From an uncultured delta proteobacterium (GTDB taxonomy: Bacteria > Desulfobacterota > Desulfuromonadia > Desulfuromonadales > BM103), in the NCBI GenBank assembly GCA_963715335.1, contig CAVQRZ010000011.1:1-10358 (forward strand): 10,358 bases of DNA. Reading direction: 5' to 3'. The position numbers and the translations under genes were made by a program. The notes beneath the pieces were generated by a model, which was not told the DNA's origin, made no database searches, and saw nothing but the letters and a program-made list of their open reading frames with translations. Positions 5,051-10,358 of this stretch are shown piece after piece; position 1 is the first letter of the stretch, and each line of letters begins with the position of its first letter.

Positions 5051-6340
5051 TTAATTCTTTGCATCGGCAAAAAAGCCGACCATGGCGGACACGTTGTCCG
5101 GGTAGGCCATGTTGCCGCAATGCCCGCCATGCGGGAAGATCGTCGCCCGGCTGCCGAACAACTCGCGCAGGTAATCGATCTCTCCGGGCAGCAGTATCAC
5201 GTCATCTTCATTGTGCAACATGCCGAACTTCTCGGAGTTGCGCAGGTAACCGTCGAGTGAGCGAAGGCTCAAGGTCTTGATCAGCTCAGCTTCGGTCACA
5301 CTCGGGTCCTTGGCCTGAAAATGCGGCAGGAAGATCCCGCGAAAATAATCGAGGAAGGTAAGTCGTGCCAGGACCTTGGCATAGTCCCTGACGTTGTCGT
5401 GCCGCCGCAGCACCACGTTCTTCGGCACCACGTAACCGGCCTTGGTCAACACGTCAGTAGTGAACACCATGTTTTCCGACGAGATTCTGAACGAGGTGCC
5501 GATCAGGGCGGCCAGAGGTTCCTCGCTGGTCGGTGTGCGGTACTGGTAGGCCCGGTAGAGGAAGTCGTTATTGAATTCAACATTCTCGCCATGCGCATAG
5601 ACATCGGCGAAAGCGTTAACGATCCGCTGGTAGAAGGCGTTGAAATTGTCCAGCCCCCCGGGAATGTTCCTCTCCAGCATCTCGTCGAGGATCAGGACCG
5701 AGTTGTAAAGGCTCACCGGTGGGTTGATCAGCAGGACCTTGCGGAAATTGAAGGCTTTTTCCTGCTCGTCGAGTTTGGCGATAAACGCCGACTGGGCCGC
5801 ACCAAGGCTGTAGCCGGTCAGGTAGAAGTCAGTGACTTCCATCTTCTTCTGATGCTTTTGCCAGATCGCCTGCATGACCTTGTAGAGGTCGGCGGAGTCT
5901 TCTTCGAGATGCCCCGGCACGCCGCTGGCCGAGGCCGCAACAATGAAATTCGGGTGGGTCGGCGAAGAGACCGAGATGACATGGTAGCCGGCCTGGTAGA
6001 AGGCCTTCTGCATCAGCTGCATCTTGGGGCTGTTAAAGCCGGCCCCGGTCCCGGCGATCAGAAAAATCAGCGGCGCCGGGCCTTGCTGACGAGCATATGA
6101 GTAATACAGCTCATCGAGGTTCCAGAGAATTCCCGGCACTTCGCGCTCGGGGAACATCTTGAGGGTGTCGACCTTGACCGGCACGTCCGCAGGCAGAACG
6201 ACTGAGTATTCCGAAGGGGTGCCGACCACCGTGGCGGCAAAAGGATCCGCGAAGGGATAGTCGTATGCACCAGCCAGACCGCAACTCAGCAACAGTGCAC
6301 AGAGACAGCCCCCCAGTATCCTGTCGAATCGTTTAAACAT
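5051..6340 (-). CDS. Secreted alpha/beta-hydrolase, putative periplasmic (phospho)lipase (MlaY-like)
   Basis: Nucleophile elbow GYSLG (5815-5801), candidate oxyanion region IAGTGA, acid in HNEDD and His in GGHCG (5128-5114). Signal peptide ends AGA-Y. ATG 6340 has AAGGAG upstream. The gene ends 14 nt before mlaA. Confidence 0.82.
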   Translation of the reverse strand: MFKRFDRILGGCLCALLLSCGLAGAYDYPFADPFAATVVGTPSEYSVVLPADVPVKVDTLKMFPEREVPGILWNLDELYYSYARQQGPAPLIFLIAGTGAGFNSPKMQLMQKAFYQAGYHVISVSSPTHPNFIVAASASGVPGHLEEDSADLYKVMQAIWQKHQKKMEVTDFYLTGYSLGAAQSAFIAKLDEQEKAFNFRKVLLINPPVSLYNSVLILDEMLERNIPGGLDNFNAFYQRIVNAFADVYAHGENVEFNNDFLYRAYQYRTPTSEEPLAALIGTSFRISSENMVFTTDVLTKAGYVVPKNVVLRRHDNVRDYAKVLARLTFLDYFRGIFLPHFQAKDPSVTEAELIKTLSLRSLDGYLRNSEKFGMLHNEDDVILLPGEIDYLRELFGSRATIFPHGGHCGNMAYPDNVSAMVGFFADAKN

Positions 6341-6452
6341 GGGTTCTCCTTCAATCAATTAGGGATTAAATTCTCCTCCCACCCCGGCAATCATCCGGAC
6401 CAGGAGATAATTTCTTCAGGTTATGTTGTTCTTTTGAACTGATTGACGCGGC

Positions 6453-6481
6453 ATTATATCAGCCTAACCGAGGAATGAAAC
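6453..6481 (-). promoter_or_regulatory. Putative sigma70 promoter (extended -10 TG-A-TATAAT) for the hydrolase-mlaA operon
   Basis: Perfect TATAAT at 6458-6453 preceded by TGn, a TTTCAT-like -35 near 6480-6475, and an AT-rich tract further upstream. Confidence 0.55.
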
Positions 6482-6547
6482 AATAATAAAACGTATAATT
6501 GTGCAGGAATCCCAAATAAATGAGGTGAGAATAGGGATGGCACGAGG

Positions 6548-9461
6548 TTATTTGTTTCGGCCGTCACCCTTCGGCGTAAACGTTTCAATCAGCTTGAGCG
6601 GTGACTTGATGGTCCGCTCCCCCAGCCTCAGCAGACTCGACCCGATTGATGATGCCGATAAAACCCGAACCTTCGGGTCATCCAGTGGCCCTTTGACACT
6701 GACCGGGATAGCGACCAGGCTACCGGCCATCAAGTAGTTTACGCCGGGAATGTTCCTGACCACCGTGTCGACGGTTTTGAAAGGGGCCGCCAGCAGTTCA
6801 AGGTTGACTGTCTTCTGCACCAAGTCGATTTCACCCTGGCCAAGGGCATCCAGAGTCTTGCCGTCCATCTCGATCTTGCTGATCAACAGCTTGCCTGCCT
6901 GGAATTCCCCCTGCAGGGTGATGGTCGTATAGGCAAAGGCCTCGCTGCTCAGGCTGGGGAGTCGACCCTTGACAATCTCGGTGACGTTAAGCACTTCAAG
7001 GGTCCTGGTGAGGTATTTGCTCTGTTGAATCGTCCCGTTTGAAAAGGTAATTTCCAGAGGGCCCTGCAGAGCATTGACCAACTCACCGACCTGGCCTTGG
7101 CCGCTGATCTGCCCTGAAAAATCCAGGGTTCCGGTCATTATGACCTGCTCGTGTTCCACACAGGTCGAAACGGTTTTAACATCGAGCGCCTTGCCGTTCA
7201 GTTTGACGTCCAGGGCAAGGTTCTCACCATCAATGGTCCACACTCCGGGCGCATTGAGGCCGCAGAGATTCGCTTCCGCGACCCTGACACGAGGCTTGTC
7301 CTGACTGAAATCGAGTGTGGCCTTGACGGGATCCCAGGTCAGGTCCTGCCACGACAGCTTCGACAGATCGATGTCGATCTGGTCACCACTCGCAATCAGA
7401 GCGGCCTGCTGTACAGCAAGCTGATCGCCTGACGGCAGGGTAAACACCAGGTCTGAGCCTTCTAGATGTCCGGTTGCCAGGACCCCGGCCTGTTTCGTCA
7501 CAGGCTTTTTGACAGAAAAAACGCCTTCCACCCTGCCTTTGCCAAAATCCTGCTCAACGAACAGCGCGTTCAGGGTTTCATGCTGCAGAGCCCCGGTGAA
7601 ACTCAGGGCAATCCCGCTCGTACCGTAATCCAGGGACAGATCGGCATCGGAGTGTTGATCCTTGAGCCTCAGGCTATGAATATTGAGCTGTTCAGGCTGC
7701 CAGACAAGATCGAGGACCAGGTCCGGGCCGTCCTTGACGGAGAGGCCCCCTTTGAAAGTGGTCTTTGTCCCCTCTTGCCAGTCAAGCTCGGCCGCGGAAA
7801 GCTTGAGAGGAGAGCGTATCATGTAGGTCTGCGGCACCTCGAAAGCTTCGCTGAGCCATTTGACAAGATCTTCCTCCAGTGTGCCATCGAGGCCAACTTC
7901 GATCCTGCCCGGTCCCTTTGAAACGTCTTTGTCATCACTGGCTAGATCAATTTTAGAGGAAAGTTCGGAGAATTCCGAATCTCCGACAGTGCCCTGCCAA
8001 CCCTTGAGGCTGATAAGGTCTTTCGCAAACGCAACCTGGCCACTGGCGACCTTGATCGGAAACGGCAGCCGCTGGTAATCGGCGGTGAAATTCAGATCCG
8101 AGACAGCGACCTCGGCATTGAGGTCGTTAATGCTGTCGCCGAGGGTCAGTTTTCCGGTGCCGGTGCCTTGCAGACGGGTGATCCGGTTTACTTCCTCGAT
8201 AAACTCCGGATTAACGACGATACGTTCAAGGATCTGCTTGGCCTGAGCCAGGTCTGCGTCCAGCATCAGCTGCAGCTGAAACAGGGCATCATCTTCGGCC
8301 AGACCAACTTTCAAAGTCCCGTCATGCCCGGTGGAGCCTTCCAACCGGGTTGACATATTAGTACCCTGAAGGATGCCATCCGCAACCAGCACATCACCGA
8401 CCGTCTCGGTAAGGTCGAGTTCGATCTCCGGAATCGAAACGGAACCATTCTGCAGCTTACCCTCGATGCGGATATTTTTCAGTTCGCCTAGTTCGTCAGC
8501 CGTCTGGCCGTGCGACTGAACGGTGATCTGCGAGACCGCTCCGCCCCGCAGGTAGGTGAAAATTTTATCTACCAGCGAAATATCTCCGGCCAGGGCCAGG
8601 GCAACCCGGCGGGTCGCATCGACATCGATGTTCTTGCCGGAGATGTCCAGGGCAATAGCCGGGGGACCCGGCGCCTGTTCAATTTTACCGCTCAGATCAA
8701 GGCCCGGTTCCTCCAAGAGTCAGCCGTTTGAGCGCCAGGCTGATTGTCTCACCGTCAATCGCAATGCTGCCGTTCAGCTCTGCTCCCTTGAGGACCTCTT
8801 TATGACCATTGTACCGAATCTGCAACACGGCAGCCTTGCTGCGCAGCGATGCACTTGCTTTGCGGGCATCCGTCACTGCCAGACTCAACCGCAGGTCCAG
8901 GTCTTCAGCTTCAAACCACTGTTGGTCTTGGCCAACCTTTAACTGCCCTTCGCTGACCGCCAGGACAAAATCGGGGGAGACCTGCCCGAACTTCGCGAAC
9001 CCCTTGGCCAGGCTCGCCTCAAGCCCGCCATCCGGACCAGATGTTGCCGGTGATTTTTGCGACTTTGAGTCCGGCAGATCAAGACTGAATTCCGGCTTCT
9101 CCAGGCTGAGACGACCGAGGCGCAGATCACCGACCAGCAAGGCCAGGAGGGCCGGGGAGAGGCTGATTTCGGCAACCTTGCCCTGGCCATAATCCGGGAT
9201 GATGAGGTTGACCTGCTGCAGAGCTATGGCCGGTTGGGGGAAGTAATCCAGTTCGATCGACTGGAACTCCATCTTGATCCCGGCCTGCTCGGCGACCACC
9301 TGCTGAATTTTTTTTATGACGGTGGGAGAAGAGATGTACTGGCCTGCAAGCAACAGCCCCGCCAGCATCAGGAGCAGCAGCGCAACGACGCCTCCAAGGA
9401 GCCGGTATCGAAGCCGCTTCCCGGCAGATTCAGGAGGTTTTTGTTCAGACAAGGAGTCCAT
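6548..9461 (-). pseudogene. AsmA-like family protein (AsmA N-terminal and AsmA_2-type C-terminal regions), split into two ORFs (9461-8697 and 8716-6548) by one extra base; about 970 aa if rejoined
   Basis: N-terminal membrane anchor followed by the AsmA-type start (IKKIQQVVAEQAG...FPQPAIALQQV...LSPALLALLVGDLRLGRLSLEKP). The body is rich in alternating beta-strands. The C-terminus has GEIDL...LELLAAP...IPGVNYLM...VKGPLDDPKV. The two ORFs overlap by 20 nt in different frames. A sequencing error cannot be excluded. Confidence 0.8.
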
Positions 9462-9496
9462 CTTACCTTCCTGTTTAGTTACGCAGTGGGTAACAT

Positions 9497-9525
9497 TTTA
9501 TAAAACCGGGTCAAAGAGTTTACAA
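9497..9525 (-). promoter_or_regulatory. Possible sigma70 promoter for the AsmA-like gene
   Basis: TTGTAA (9525-9520), 17-nt spacer, TATAAA (9502-9497) on the minus strand, about 35 nt upstream of ATG 9461. Confidence 0.35.
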
Positions 9526-9612
9526 GTTCGACTCCGGTTGTCTTTAACCACATCTTTCGAAACCTCAATCGGCACCAGGAGATTCCTGGCCGGTTTCGCC
9601 TGAGGATTCTTT

Positions 9613-10098
9613 CTAAGGTCTGCGCAGGATGAGTTCTTCCTTGTAGCCGAACCCCAGGCCGTTGTCGATCAGGCGAATCCAGTCCGGTGACAGCCGGTAA
9701 ATGTTGGCCTCACGCAGGCGCATGGCGATGGTTTCTTCGTTCTTGTCCTGCGGCCGTTCCAGTAAAGAGCTGACATCCGGAAACTTCGAGAGATAGGTTT
9801 TCAATGCCGACAGGCGCGCAAGCCCTTCGAGTACAGTGACTTGCCCTTGCAACTGCAGACCCCGGATCTCACTCCAGGTTGTGCAATCGGCACTGATCGC
9901 GCCGGCCACCCGTCCGTTGTCAGCGAGATTGCGACCGTGCTGTGTACGCCGGTCGGACACGAAGTACAGGTTCAGCTCCGCATCACTGGCAAAGAAGACA
10001 GCCGTAGCCCATGGGCTCTCACCGTCGGTGGTTGCCAGCGTGAGGGTGTTGTGACTCTCAAGAAGTTGACGGATGGCCTGGCGAACCTCGACAGTCAT
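9613..10098 (-). CDS. Pyridoxamine 5'-phosphate oxidase-like FMN-binding split-barrel protein (YhbP/UPF0306-like)
   Basis: 161 aa with LTLAT...PWATAVFF...LYFVSD..TQHGRNL..NGRVAGAI...IRGLQLQG and a C-terminal IRLIDNGLGFGYKE. Confidence 0.88.
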   Translation of the reverse strand: MTVEVRQAIRQLLESHNTLTLATTDGESPWATAVFFASDAELNLYFVSDRRTQHGRNLADNGRVAGAISADCTTWSEIRGLQLQGQVTVLEGLARLSALKTYLSKFPDVSSLLERPQDKNEETIAMRLREANIYRLSPDWIRLIDNGLGFGYKEELILRRP

Positions 10099-10169
10099 TG
10101 GCGGACCACCGGCTGAAAGCAGACTTCAGATTCTAGATTGAACTCGTTGGTGTAACCTCTGCTACTCAT
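10095..10169 (-). other. 24-codon uORF (MSSRGYTNEFNLESEVCFQPVVRQ) overlapping the PNPOx start in ATGA; possible IS3-family orfA remnant
   Basis: GGAAGG (10181-10176) lies 6 nt before ATG 10169. Its TGA (10097-10095) overlaps ATG 10098. Confidence 0.3.
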
Positions 10170-10238
10170 AAGAAACCTTCCGGAAGTGTCTCTGTCACAG
10201 TTCAGGACTATCGACAAAAACAGGGGGTTCACAACAGT

Positions 10239-10358
10239 TTACCCCGAGGAAGCTTTGATCCTCGCTGCGAGCGCAGCGACCAGGGGATTGGCGCTCAGGC
10301 CATGGCCGACAACGCTCAAGATGATGGTACAGACCACGGTCATCGAAAGCGTATGGCC
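10239..10358 (-). CDS. C-terminal end of a CPA1/NhaP-type cation:proton antiporter (partial)
   Basis: Manual translation GHTLSMTVVCTIILSVVGHGLSANPLVAALAARIKASSG*. The T..LSV..HG.SA.PL pattern is typical of the last transmembrane helix of CPA1 antiporters. Confidence 0.75.
   Translation of the reverse strand, partial: GHTLSMTVVCTIILSVVGHGLSANPLVAALAARIKASSG

Noticed and set aside
5037..5120. N-terminal extension of MlaA given by the ORF track
   Set aside because: It overlaps the hydrolase gene. ATG 5036 has a strong RBS and gives a normal lipoprotein signal peptide.
5321..6100. 259-aa plus-strand ORF, and the plus-strand ORFs across 6501-10116
   Set aside because: These are antisense shadows of well-supported minus-strand genes.
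9558..9598. Hairpin between the PNPOx-like and AsmA-like genes as a terminator
   Set aside because: The stem is interrupted (cgaaacc/ggtttcg around ccagga/tcctgg) and has no U tract on the minus strand, so it is too weak to call.

Overview
Bacterial chromosomal window, GC-rich in the coding regions. Gene content and repeat style suggest a diderm, possibly a Desulfuromonadales-like deltaproteobacterium (inference only). Left to right: (i) a minus-strand MoxR-like AAA+ ATPase (553-1614) followed by a DUF2201-type metallopeptidase-like gene missed by the ORF track (470 to the window edge), whose HExxH motif reads HAxxH, with a heptamer-built palindrome between the two genes; (ii) a divergent plus-strand pair of lipoproteins, one VOC/glyoxalase-family and one Pro/Arg/Gly-repeat; (iii) a compact unannotated minus-strand transcription unit (about 3341-3570) with promoter, strong RBS, a short ORF with an in-frame TGA followed by a SECIS-like hairpin, and a terminator; (iv) a ~410-bp highly structured MITE/REP-like element with long hairpin-containing terminal inverted repeats; (v) a minus-strand envelope-lipid cluster: an AsmA-like gene split by a one-base frameshift, a secreted alpha/beta-hydrolase and an MlaA/VacJ lipoprotein (an MlaYZ-like pair); (vi) a PNPOx-like FMN split-barrel gene preceded by a coupled 24-codon uORF that resembles an IS3 remnant; (vii) the 3' end of a CPA1 cation:proton antiporter. 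All family calls come from motif recognition by eye; no database search was run.
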